A stretch of 64,000 nt of DNA. Source: an uncultured Chloroflexia bacterium (GTDB lineage Bacteria > Chloroflexota > Limnocylindria > Limnocylindrales > CSP1-4). Shown in pieces: positions 23,307 through 34,780 of this stretch (its first letter is position 1; each line of letters begins with the position of its first letter). The stretch is taken from the NCBI GenBank assembly GCA_963843335.1, contig CAWJKF010000006.1, positions 164,042-228,041 on the forward strand, written 5' to 3'. The notes below the pieces were generated by a model. It was not told the DNA's origin. It searched no databases and worked only from the letters and a program-made list of their open reading frames with translations. The translations under genes were made by a program, and so were the position numbers.

Positions 23307-25890
23307 ATGCCGGTTACCACACTGACCGCCGAGTACGGCGGTCGCACCCTCACCATCGAGACAGGCAGGCTTGCCCGTCTGGCCGGGGGCTCCGTCACCA
23401 TCCGCTACGGTGACACGCTGCTGCTGGGGACAGCGAACCGCTCCGAGCCCCGACCGGGCCTGGACTTCTTCCCCCTGACGGTCGACTTCGAGGAGCGGAT
23501 GTACGCCGCGGGCAAGATCCCGGGCGGCTTCATCAAGCGCGAGTCGCGCCCGTCCGAGGCGGCCATCCTGGCTGCGCGCCTGACCGACCGGCCCATCCGA
23601 CCGCTGTTCCCCGAGGGCTACAAGGACGACGTCCAGATCGTCCTGACCGTGCTCTCCACCGACCGCGAGAACGACCCCGACATCCTGGGCACCATCGCGG
23701 CATCCGCGGCGCTGACCATCAGCGAGATCCCGTTCCAGGGCCCCGTGGCGGCCGTGCGCGTCGGCCGCATCGACGGCGAGTTCGTCATCAACCCCACCTT
23801 CCAGCAGCTCGACGAGTCGGAGCTCGACCTGGTCGTCTCCGGCACCCGCGACGCGATCATGATGGTCGAGGCGGGCGCCAAGCTCCTGACCGAGGACGTG
23901 ATGGCCGAGGCCATCCTGTTCGGCCACCGCTCGCTGCAGCCGGTCATCGACCTCCAGGAGCAGCTCCAGGCGCAGGTCGGCAAGGAGAAGCGCATCCCGT
24001 TCATCGAGCCCGCCACGGACTCGGTCATCGAGTTCGTCGACGCGGTCGCGGCCGACAAGCCGCTCGTCGTGTTCGACCTCGAGACCACCAGCTGCGACGT
24101 CAAGCTCGGCGAGATCGTCGAGATCGGCGCCGTCAAGGTCCAGGGTGGCAAGGTCACCGACCGCTGGTCGACCCTCGTCAAGCCCACGCGGCCCATCGTC
24201 GGCAAGCAGCTCCATGGCATCACGGACAAGGACGTCGCGAAGGCGCCCTCGGTCGATGCGGCCGGCAAGGACTTCCTCGACTTCGCCGGCGATGCGCTCC
24301 TCGTCGGTCACAACGTGGGCTTCGACCTCGGCTTCATCCATGCCGTGACCGATGTGCGCATCGAGCAGGGTCGCTACCTCGACACGCTCGTCCTGGCACG
24401 CGAGGCATACCCGGACCTGGACGCCTACAAGCTGTCCGAGCTGGCCGAGTTCTACGGCCTGCCGGCGCCGACGCATCGGGCCCTGGCGGATGCGGAGGCG
24501 ACCGCGGCGCTGCTCATCCAGCTGGGCAACGACCTGCCGGGACGCGTCAAGGCCTACAAGACGGCCGTCGCCGCCTCCATCCGCAGCCGGGTGAACGGTG
24601 GCGACAGCGCTGCCGCGGACGCTGCGCTCGAAGCCGCCAAGGTCGAGTCGGGCTTCTCCAAGGGCCTCAGCGGCCTGCTGCACAAGAAGACCGTGCGCGA
24701 GCTGGTGCTCTCCGAGGGCGTCCGCATGGACGGCCGGGACGTGGACACCATCCGACCCATCTCGGTCGAGGTCGGGCTGCTGCCCCGCGCCCATGGCTCC
24801 GCGCTGTTCACGCGTGGTGAGACCCAGGCGCTCACGGTGGCGACGCTCGGGCCCTCGTCCGACGTCCAGCGCATCGACACCATCGGTCCCGAGGAGTCCA
24901 AGCGCTACCTCCACCACTACAACATGCCGCCCTACAGCACCGGCGAGAACAAGCTGATGCGCGGCCCCGGCCGGCGCGAGATCGGCCATGGCGCGCTCGC
25001 CGAGCGGGCGCTCATCCCGGTGCTGCCGACGCAGGAGGAGTTCCCGTACGTCATCCGCCTCGTGAGCGAGTGCGTGACGTCCAACGGCTCCACCTCGATG
25101 GCCTCGACCTGCGGCTCGACGCTGGCGCTCATGGATGCCGGTGTGCCCATCAAGGCGCCCGTCGCGGGCGCGGCCATGGGCCTCGTGACGGAGGGCGACC
25201 AGTTCGCCGTCCTGACCGACATCCTGGGCAAGGAAGACGCCTTCGGTGACATGGACTTCAAGGTCACCGGCACCCGTGACGGCATCACGGCCCTCCAGAT
25301 GGACATCAAGGTCCAGGGCATCAACGAGGCCATCATCCGGACCGGCCTGGAGAAGGCACGCATCGCGCGCCTGACCATCCTGGACAAGATGACCGACGTG
25401 GTGCCCGCACCGCGCAACGAGATGAGCTCGTTCGCACCGCGCATCACGACCATCAAGATCAACCCCGAGAAGATCCGCGACATCATCGGCAAGGGTGGCG
25501 CGATGATCCGCAAGATCCAGGAAGAGACCGGCACGGAGATCAACGTCGAGGACGATGGCAGCGTCGAGGTGGCAGCGGCCGATGGCGAGGCATCGCGCAA
25601 GGCCGTGGCCTGGATCGAGAGCCTGACCAAGGAGGTCGAGGTCGGTGGCCTCTACCTGGGCAAGGTCACCCGCATCATGGGCTTCGGCTGCCTTCGTGGA
25701 GATCATCCCCGGCAAGGAAGGCCTCGTGCGCATCGGCGAGCTCGCCGACTACCACGTGCCGACCGTCGAGGATGTCGTCCAGGTGGGTGACGAGATCATG
25801 GTCGTGGTCATGGAGATCGACCGCCAGGGTCGCGTCAACCTGTCCCGCAAGGCCGCGATGCAGCGGCACCAGGCGAAGGCGCCCGCCTGA
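23307..25890 (+). CDS. pnp: Polyribonucleotide nucleotidyltransferase with inserted DEDDh exonuclease domain (frameshift in S1 near 25690)
   Basis: [27 protein letters not shown]; [43 protein letters not shown]; KH IGKGG; S1 domain; extra ~155 aa DEDDh domain at 24060-24525. Confidence 0.97.
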
Positions 25891-25929
25891 GCCACGGCGG
25901 GCTCGATGGCCGCCATCACATAGCCGCTT

Positions 25930-25964
25930 GCGACGACCCGCGCCGAAGAGGCGCGGGTCGTCGC
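25930..25964 (+). terminator. Strong hairpin downstream of pnp
   Basis: Perfect 15 bp stem GCGACGACCCGCGCC/GGCGCGGGTCGTCGC, loop GAAGA. Confidence 0.7.
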
Positions 25965-26088
25965 CTGTCCGGCGAGGGGCGGCGCCGAAAGCCGTGCCCT
26001 TGTTGGGCTTGCCTCACGGCTGCACGCACCGCATGATGGGCGACATGCGGGACGCAGTGGGGGCGGCCACCCACGGACGGAGAAGGTC

Positions 26089-28304
26089 GTGCTGCTGCAT
26101 GGTCGACGCGTGACCCGGGGCCTGGCGGTCACGCTGGGAGTGGCCTTCGTATGGTCGGGCGTGCTCGCCCAGCCGGCCGCGCCTGGGCTCGCGCAGGGGT
26201 CGCCCCTCCGACTTGGTGCTGCGCGTGGTGGGCCAAGCGCCACGCTCCTGGCCGATGGGCGGGTGCTCATCGCGGGCGGTCTGCGGGATGTCTCCGCGAG
26301 TGACCCGCTCCGGTCCACGGAGATCCTCGATCCAGGCAGCGGCAGCTCGACGTCCGCGGGCTCGCTCCGGGCGGGTCGCTGGAGACAGACCGCGACCAGG
26401 CTCCCGGACGGTCGGGTCCTCCTGGTGGGTGGTCTCGGATCGTCCGATACGGTGCTCCGCACTGCCGAGCTGTTCGATCCGGCAACGGGCGAGTTCACAC
26501 GGACCGGGTCCCTCCATGACGCTCGCCTCGATCACACCGCGACGCTCCTGCCGGACGGGAAGGTGGTGGTCATCGGCGGTCTGAACGGGACTTCCGATGT
26601 CCTGCCATCCGTGGAGGTGTGGGATCCGGACACGGATGGGTTCACGCGAGCAGGGCAGCTACGGGCGGTCCGCAGCCGGCACACCGCGACCCTCCTGCCC
26701 GACGGTCGGTTGCTGGTCGTCGGCGGGGACGACGAGGCGGCGAAGCCACTGGCCACGGCCGAGATGTGGACCCCGACCACCCAGCGGTTCGAGCGTGCGG
26801 GGTCCTTGGCTCAAGCCCGAGGCGGGCACACCGCATCCCTCCTGCCGGACGGTCGCGTGCTCGTCGTGGGAGGCGCGGCCGGGGAGCGCACCCTCAAGAA
26901 GGCGGAGATCTGGGACCCGAAGTCCGGGGGCTTCTCCGCGGCCGGCTCGCTCGCCCAGTCGCGCGACGTCTCCACCACCACGATGCTGCCGGATGGCCGT
27001 GTGCTCGTGATGGGCGGTTGGCACGAGCCGCAAGCGCTCGCCAGCATGGAGGTCTGGGATCCGGCGTCCAATGGCTTCTCCGCAGCGGGCGCCCTGCGAC
27101 GGGCACGCTGGAATCACACGGCGACCCTGTTGCAGGACGGCCGCGTGCTCATCGCCGGTGGCTTCGATACCGCCGGGGCCGCTCTCCGCAGCACGCAGAT
27201 CGTGGACCTCGGAGAAGAGGCGCCGACCCGCCCAGGAGCGATCCGACTCTCCCGTTCCGGACACACCGCGACGCTGCTCGGGAACGGGTCGGTCCTCGTG
27301 GCGGGTGGCGCTCGAGGTTCAGGGGTCCCCCGGGCATCCGTGGAGACATGGGATCCGATCGCGGGTGTTGCGACCGATGCACCGCCGCTCCGGGAGGCAC
27401 GCGCTGCCCAGACGGCGACCCTCCTGCCGGATGGTCGCGTGCTGGTCATCGGTGGCACGGGCGTGGCTGGGCAGCCGCTTGGCAGCACGGAGCTGCGCGA
27501 TCCGGAGACGGGCCGGTTCCAGACCGCGCAGTCGCTCACGGCGTCACGATCGGCACACACGGCCACCCTCCTGCCCGACGGCCGGGTGCTGGTCATGGGC
27601 GGGATCGGCGTCGACGGCAGGACCCTCGCCACCGCGGAGGTGTGGGACCCCGAGCAGGGTGCCTTCACGCCCACTGGCACGCTGCTCGGGCCACGCTCCA
27701 ACCACACGGCCCTCATCCTGCCCGACGGTCGGGTGCTCGTGGTGGGTGGTCAGACCACCACGGATACGGGCCAGCCGCTCGCAGTCGCGAGTGCGGAGAT
27801 CTGGGATGCGGTCACGGGTGTATTCACGTTGGCCGGGTCGCTGCCCGAGGCACGTTCGGGCGCGAGCGCGACGCTCCTGTCCGATGGACGGGTGCTGCTG
27901 GTCGGTGGCGAGGACTCCGGCAGCGCCGGTGGTGGTGCGCTGGCATCGGCCGGGGTCTGGGATCCGCGCCACGGACGCCTTCTCCAGCACAGGCTCTCTG
28001 GCAGAGGCGCGCACCGGGCATACGGCCACGCTCCTGGCTGGTGACCACGTCCTCGTCGTGGGTGGCACCGCCGCGGGCGACAGCGGAGGCACCCTCGCGT
28101 CCGCCGGAGGTGTGGGACCCGGTCACAGGGACCTTCGCATCCGCGGGCGCGATGGCTGATCCCCGAGAGGGCCACACGGCCACGCTGCTGCCGGACGGGC
28201 GGGTGCTGGTCGCCGGTGGCCACGACGACCGCGCGGCACTGGCGTCCACCGATGTGTGGGATCCGGCGACTCAGACGTTCGTCAGCTCCGCGGGCGATCG
28301 ATAG
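26089..28304 (+). CDS. Secreted kelch-repeat beta-propeller protein (14 repeats; two late frameshifts)
   Basis: Signal-peptide-like N-terminus; 14 copies of R..HTATLLPDGRVLVVGG....E.WDP. Confidence 0.88.
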
Positions 28305-28406
28305 CTGGGGCCGGAGGATCCATTCGGCGACGCGCGGGCACCCCAGAGCCGCGTCAAGCCGTATCATCGGTCGGTCTCATCCCGAACCCGCACAGGTCCA
28401 CGCATC

Positions 28407-29501
28407 ATGGTCATCGAAGTGATCGCCCCGTCTCACCCACGAGCCGCCACGCCGGCCCCTGACCGTGGCCGTGTGCGGCGCGACTGGCCTGGTCGGACAG
28501 ACGATGATGACGGTGCTCGCGGAGCGAGGCTTCCCGGTCGCGGAACTGCGGCCGCTGGCGTCGCCGCCGGACGGGCGCTCGGTCGCGTTCGCCGGTCGGA
28601 AGTGGCCGGTCCAGGTGTCCAGCCCGGAGGCCTTCGAGGGCGTCGACATCGCGCTGTTCTCGGCCGGTGGCGAGGTCTCCCGCGTGCTGGCCCCCGAGGC
28701 GGCCGCGCGTGGCGCCGTCGTCATCGACAACTCGGCCCAGTGGCGCATGGAACCCGGCGTCCCGCTCGTGGTGTCGCAGGTGAACCCGGACGACGCCGCC
28801 GACCACGAAGGCATCATCGCCAATCCCAACTGCTCCACCATGCAGCTAGTGCCCCTGCTCATGGCGCTCCGCGACATCGGTCGGACTGGAACGCGTCATC
28901 GTGGACACGTACCAGTCCGTGAGCGGTACGGGCGCAGAGGCAGTGGCGGAGCTGGAGGGCCAGGTCCGGGCGTGGGCGGCCGGCGAGCCGCTGGTCGCCT
29001 CGGTCTACCCGCACCAGATCGCGTTCAACGTGCTGCCCGAGATCGACGTCTTCCGTGACGACGGCTACTCCAAGGAGGAGTGGAAGGTCCTCGCGGAGAG
29101 CCGCAAGATCCTGCACCTGCCGGACCTGCGGGTGTCCTGCACCGCCGTGCGGGTGCCGGTGGTCGCCGCGCACTCCGAGGCCGTGCACGTCGAGACGCCG
29201 GTCCGCCATCACCCCGGAGCACGCCCGGGAGCTGTTCGCAGCCGTGCCCGGCGTCGTGGTCGTGGACGAGCCGCGGTCGCACCGGTATCCGCTCGCCATC
29301 GACGCCGCGGGCAGTGACGACATCTTCGTCGGCCGGGTCCGGAGCGACACGTCGATGCCCGACGGACGAGGGCTGGCGTTCTGGGTGGTGTCCGACAACA
29401 TCCGCAAGGGAGCGGCCACCAACGCGGTCCAGATCGCCGAGATCCTCGTGGAGCGCGGCTGGCTGGCGCCTGCCTCGCGCCGAGCCACGACTGGAGCCTG
29501 A
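28407..29501 (+). CDS. asd: Aspartate-semialdehyde dehydrogenase, frameshifted
   Basis: GATGLVG, IDNS, IIANPNCST, TYQSVSG.G, RVPV..HSE, DNIRKGAATNAVQIAE. Confidence 0.95.
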
Positions 29502-29550
29502 TGCCCGCTCAGGGCGTCGGTCGTCACGCTGGCGATCCCATCGGGGGACC

Positions 29551-30435
29551 GTGGCCCGCGTGACGCCCGAGGAACGGTCGACGGCGCTCGCCGCCATCGC
29601 GACCGAGGTCCGTGCCTGCACCCGGTGCCGGCTGTCCGCTGGCCGGACGCACGCGGTCCCGGGGGAGGGGAGTCCCGACACGGAGGTCGTGTTCGTGGGT
29701 GAAGGTCCCGGCCAGAACGAGGACCAGCAGGGACGCCCGTTCGTGGGCGCGGCCGGCGGGCTGCTCACGGAGCTCATCGGGTCCATCGGCTGGAAGCGTG
29801 ACGAGGTGTTCATCACCAACGTGGTCAAGTGCCGGCCGCCGGGCAACCGCGATCCGGAACCGGACGAGATGGCCGCCTGCGCGCCCTTCCTGCGACGCCA
29901 GCTGGCGGTGCTCGACCCGGCGCTCGTGGTGACCCTGGGCCGATATCTCGCTGGGCACGTTCATGCCCGGTGCCCGGATCGGCCAGGTGCATGGCACCCA
30001 GCGTCCGGTCGACCCGGCCACGGGTGCGACGGCGGCCCTCGCGTTCGCGATGTATCACCCGGCCGCGGCCTTCCGGCAGCTGTCGCTCAAGGAGACGATG
30101 CGCGAGGACATGTCGCGGGTCCCGGGAGCGCTCATCGAGGCGCGCGCGGCGCGCTCCGATGCCGGGCCCGGAGCCACCGGTCGAATCGGAGCCACCGGCC
30201 GAAGCCGAGCCACCGGTCGAACCGGAGCCACCAGGTCGAACCGGAGCCTGGGCCTCTCCATCCCGCCGCCGTCGCGGAGCCATCGCTCCAGCGGACGGAT
30301 ATCACTGCCGACCCGGTCATGGAACCGGGACCCATCGTGTCTGCCGATGACGTGGCCGAAGCTCTCGCCACCATCGACATCCACGCCATCCCCAACGAAC
30401 CTCCATTGGAGACCGACCAGATGCGACTCTTCTGA
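29551..30435 (+). CDS. Family 4 uracil-DNA glycosylase (Fe-S) with Pro/Glu-rich C-terminal tail, frameshifted
   Basis: CTRCRL, GEGPGQNED, PFVG.AG, NVVKCRPP.NR.P, YHPAA. Confidence 0.92.
   Translation: MARVTPEERSTALAAIATEVRACTRCRLSAGRTHAVPGEGSPDTEVVFVGEGPGQNEDQQGRPFVGAAGGLLTELIGSIGWKRDEVFITNVVKCRPPGNRDPEPDEMAACAPFLRRQLAVLDPALVVTLGRYLAGHVHARCPDRPGAWHPASGRPGHGCDGGPRVRDVSPGRGLPAAVAQGDDARGHVAGPGSAHRGARGALRCRARSHRSNRSHRPKPSHRSNRSHQVEPEPGPLHPAAVAEPSLQRTDITADPVMEPGPIVSADDVAEALATIDIHAIPNEPPLETDQMRLF
30168..30248 (+). repeat. About 4 x 18 bp tandem repeat (PEPPVE) in the UDG tail
   Basis: CCGGAGCCACCGGTCGAA-type units. Confidence 0.75.
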
Positions 30436-30450
30436 TGCCCAAGCAACGAC

Positions 30451-32129
30451 ATGCCAGGGCGACCACGCACATCCACCGAACCGCTCCGGATCCTGCCGCT
30501 GGGCGGTGTGGGCGAGATCGGCAAGGCACTCACGGTCTTCGAATACGGCGACGAGATCGTCGTCATCGACTGCGGCCTTGCCTTCCCGGACGAGGAGATG
30601 TTCGGCATCGACCTCGTCATCCCGGACATCACCTATCTCAAGGAGCGCCGCCACAAGGTCAAGGCGTTCCTCATCACGCACGCCCACGAGGACCACATCG
30701 GCGGCCTGCCCTACGTGCTGCCGTCATTCCCGGGCGTGCCGGTCTACGCCTCGACCCTGGCTCGCGGCCTGCTGGGCACCAAGATCAAGGAGCACAAGCT
30801 CCGCGACAATCCGGTGCTCGCCTTCGACCCGGGTGACACCATCGACCTGGGCGTCTTCTCGGCCAGTGCCTTTCGGGTCGGTCACTCGATCCCCGATGCG
30901 ATGGGCATCTGCCTTCGAACGCCCCTTGGCAACGTCATCCATACCGGCGACTTCAAGTTCGACCAGACGCCGGTCGACGGCAAGGGCACCGACTTCTATG
31001 AGCTGGCCAAGCTCGGCAGCGAGGGCGTGCTCTGCCTGCATGTCCGACTCCACGCGAGCCGAGAGTCCGGGCTACACGCCTTCGGAGCGAACCGTCGGCG
31101 AGGCGTTCCGGGGCATCATGGAAGGCCTCGAAGGCCGGGTCATCGTCGCCACCTTCGCGAGCAACATCGCGCGCATCCAGCAGGTCTTCGACGCTGCTGG
31201 CGAGTTCGGCCGCAAGGTGACCGTCATCGGTCGCTCGATGGAGCAGAACACGCGCATCGCCTCCGACCTCGGCTACCTTCATTGGGGTCCCGGGCAGCAG
31301 GTCCCCAAGGACCGGCTCAAGGACGTCCCCGACAAGGAGATCTGCATCGCGACCACGGGCTCGCAGGGTGAGCCGATGGCGGGTCTGGCACGGATGGCGA
31401 ACCGGGACCACCGGTTCGTGGAGATCGTGCCCGGCGACACGGTCATCGTCAGCGCCAGCCCCATCCCGGGCAACGAGGAGTCGGTCGCCCGAACCATCGA
31501 CAACCTGTTCAAGGTCGGTGCCAACGTCTACTACCATGCCATCCGACACGCCCACGTGTCGGGGCACGCCAGCCAGGAGGAGCTCAAGCTGATGCTCAAC
31601 CTGACCAAGCCGAAGAGCTTCATCCCCATCCACGGCGAGTTCCGGATGCTCGTCCAGCACGGCCGGCTGGCTGCCGAGTGTGGTGTCTCGGCCGAGAACA
31701 TCTTCATCATCGAGAACGGCCAGCCCATCGAGTTCTTCCCCGATGGCCGTGTCCGACGCGGCACGCCCATCGAGGCCGGCCGGGTCTTCGTCGATGGCCT
31801 GTCCGTGGGCGAGGTCGGCGATGTCGTGCTGCGTGACCGTCGTGCGCTCGCCAACGACGGCATGTTCCTCATCGTGGTCACCGTCGACAAGCAGACCGGC
31901 AGCCTCGTGGGGAAGCCGGAGATCGTGACCCGGGGCTTCGTCGGGCGTCCCCGAGCCATCGCTCATCGCGGGTGCGACGCAGCGGGTGACGCGCGTCCTC
32001 GCCGGGCCGGGCGACCGGCACAGCGAGATCGGGCTGCTCAAGGCGCAGATCAAGGACAGCCTCTCGCAGTACCTCTACGACCAGACGCGTCGGCGTCCGA
32101 TGGTGCTGCCGGTCGTGGTCGAGGTCTGA
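30451..32129 (+). CDS. rnj: Ribonuclease J, frameshifted
   Basis: LGGVGEIGK, THAHEDHIG, HTGDFK, TGSQGEP, HVSGH, PIHGE, RRPMVLPVVVEV. Confidence 0.96.
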
Positions 32130-34605
32130 TGGCGACGGGTGGCAAGGGGAGGCGCGGCTCCCCGCGGTCGACCAGCTCCCGCGCGTCGGCGCGATCGCGC
32201 ACGAAGGCGAGCCCCAACGCCCCCCGCACGGCCAGGGCACCGCTGCTGGCACCGGGCACGGTCCGTTCCATCGTGGGCATCGTGCTGCTGGTCATCGGTG
32301 GGCTGACGCTCGTGGCCCTGTTCCTGGGCGGGCAGGGGGTGTTCGGCCAGTTCGTGACGGACGTGCTCCGGCCGTCCTTCGGCCAGGGTGCCTGGCTGCT
32401 GGGGGTGCTGCTCATCGTGGCGGGCGTGACGGTCGAGCGCTCGGCCACGGTCCACAGCGGCTGGGGTGTCATGGCCATCGGGGGCGTGCTCGTCTTCCTC
32501 GCCGGGGAGGGGCTCATCCACCTCCTGTCGGGGCTCAAGGCTACGCCCGCCGACCTGAGCAAGGGCGGTGGCAGGCATCGGCCATGGGCTGTCGCACTGG
32601 CTGAGCGACCTCGTCGGTCCCGCGGGTGCGTTCCTGGTCCTCGTGGGCCTGGTCATCGTGGGCCTGCTGCTCATGTTCGGCCTGACGCTGCGGGCCCTGC
32701 TGCAGCCGGTCTCCACGGGTGGCAAGGCGCTCGCGAGCGCCACGAGCGCGACGGTCGCGGCCACGGTCAACGCGGCCCGTGCTCGCGCGCCGGGCGAGGC
32801 GGAGGGACCACCGGTCGCGCCCGTCCCGCCACCCACCGGCCGGGGCCGCCCCAGGACCGAGCCGGTCGCTGACCGGGCGATGGCACCCGCGATCCCAGCG
32901 CCGACCCCGACACCCAGCCCGGCGCCCTTGAGCCAGACGGTCTGGATCGGCGGCGCCCCGGATGCGGGGGCCAAGGGCTCCGCGCGAACGATGACCACCG
33001 TCACGGCCAGCCGGCCGGGCACGGCCCCTGCGGCCGCCACGGAGGGCGCGGCCGGCAAAGGCTCCAACGGTGCGGCCGGCGCAGATGTCCCCGGGACCCT
33101 GGGTCTCGACGCCGCGCCCATGCCCCGCCCGCCGCGCGTCTGGTCCCTGCCCAAGGTGGACATCCTGGACCTCGGCGCGGCGCCGACCAACGGCGGCAAC
33201 GTCGACCACGCCACCAACACCCGCATCATCGAGGAGAAGCTGCGCAGCTTCCAGATCCCGGCCCAGGTCGTGGGCGTCAACAGCGGTCCGGTGGTGACCC
33301 AGTACGAGGTGCAAGCCCGACGTGCGCGTCAAGCTGTCGCGCATCGAGGGTCTCGCGGACGACCTCGCGATGGCCCTCGCGGCGCGCTCGCATCCGCATC
33401 GAGGCGCCCATCCCGGGCAAGGACGTCGTGGGCATCGAGATCCCCAACCACGCCTCGGAGGTCGGTCGGGTTCCGGCGCCTCTACGAGGACGCCAAGATG
33501 GAGCACGCGACCAGCAAGCTCACCTTCGCGCTCGGCCGGGACGTCTCGGGCAAGGCCTACGCGGTGGACCTGGCCCGGATGCCCCACCTGCTCATCGCGG
33601 GCGCCACCGGCTCCGGCAAGAGCGTCTGTGTCAACGCGCTCATCACCAGCCTCCTGATGCGTGCCACGCCCCAGGAGGTGGAGCTCGTGCTCGTCGACCT
33701 CAAGCGCGTCGAGCTGGCGGCATACGCTGACCTGCCGCATCTCAAGGCGCCCGTGATCGTGGAGCCCAACCAGGCGCGCGCTGCGCTCACCTGGGCGGTG
33801 GGCCAGATGGAGGACCGCTACAAGCTGCTCGCGGCCAAGGGCGAGCGCAACCTCGCGGCGTACAACGCAAGCGTCCGGGTGGCGGAGGACGAGCAGCTGC
33901 CCTACCTGGTGCTCGTCATCGACGAGCTGGCGGACCTGATGATGCGCGAGGGACGCAAGGTCGAGGACCCCATCGTCAAGCTCGCCCAGAAGGCGCGGGC
34001 CGTGGGCATCCACCTCGTGCTCGCGACGCAGCGGCCCGAGCGTCAACGTCGTCACGGGCCTCATCAAGGCCAACGTGCCCAGCCGGATCGCGTTCGCGAT
34101 GGCCTCCAACGTGGACAGCCGGACCGTGCTCGACCAGCCCGGCGCCGAGGACCTCATCGGCCGGGGCGACATGCTCTACCAGCCCTCCGACCTGCCGCGT
34201 CCGGTCCGGCTCCAGGGCGTGTTCCTGTCCGACGCGGAGGTGCACGCGGTGTGCGACCACTGGCGCACAGCAGGAGCCGCGACCCGATCTACGACCCGGA
34301 GGTGCTCGCGGGCTCCGCGGAGGATGCCGAGGATGGCGGCGGCGAGTTCGGCTGGCTCGTCGAAGATGGCCGAGGACGAGCTGACGCCACGCGCCGCGGA
34401 GCTGGTGATGCTCACCGGCAAGGCGAGCACCTCGATGATGCAGACCAAGCTGAAGGTCGGCTTCAACCGGGCCAGCCGCCTCATGGAGGAGCTGGAGCGG
34501 GTCGGCATCGTGGGGCCGCAGGACCCGCGGAACCCGGCCACGCCCCGCCAGGTCTACGGTCCCGAGAACTGGCTGCGGAGCACCGAGGACGTCGACGCGC
34601 CCTGA
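32129..34605 (+). CDS. ftsK: DNA translocase FtsK/SpoIIIE, frameshifted
   Basis: N-terminal TM helices; GPVVTQYE, HLLIAGATGSGKS, VIDELADLM, LATQRP, GAEDLIGRGDML; gamma domain VGFNRASRLME. Confidence 0.95.
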
Positions 34606-34780
34606 TCCCGGGGGTGTCCGGGCACGGTCCCGGGTGCCCGCCGACAGCGCCGTTGGGGCCGGGGGACTCCCCAAGACTACCTACGGCCGCCACTGGCCGG
34701 ACGTCGTATCCTTGACGTCCGCCGTCGCCCCCAGGCACCGGTGTGACTCCAGGGTTCGAAGCAGGGGACCACCGCAAGGC

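Noticed and set aside
24060-24525. Insert in pnp as an intein or homing endonuclease
   Set aside because: No Cys/Ser start or His-Asn end and no LAGLIDADG/HNH motif; it carries DEDDh exonuclease motifs
17211-25733. Long antisense ORFs (e.g. 17211-19649, 23175-25733)
   Set aside because: Shadow frames of high-GC3 sense genes with no recognisable motifs
29963-32872. 969 aa ORF joining UDG, RNase J and FtsK segments (similarly 42962-45373 and 57188-59902)
   Set aside because: Artefacts of stop-poor high-GC frames plus indels; each gene has its own start and stop
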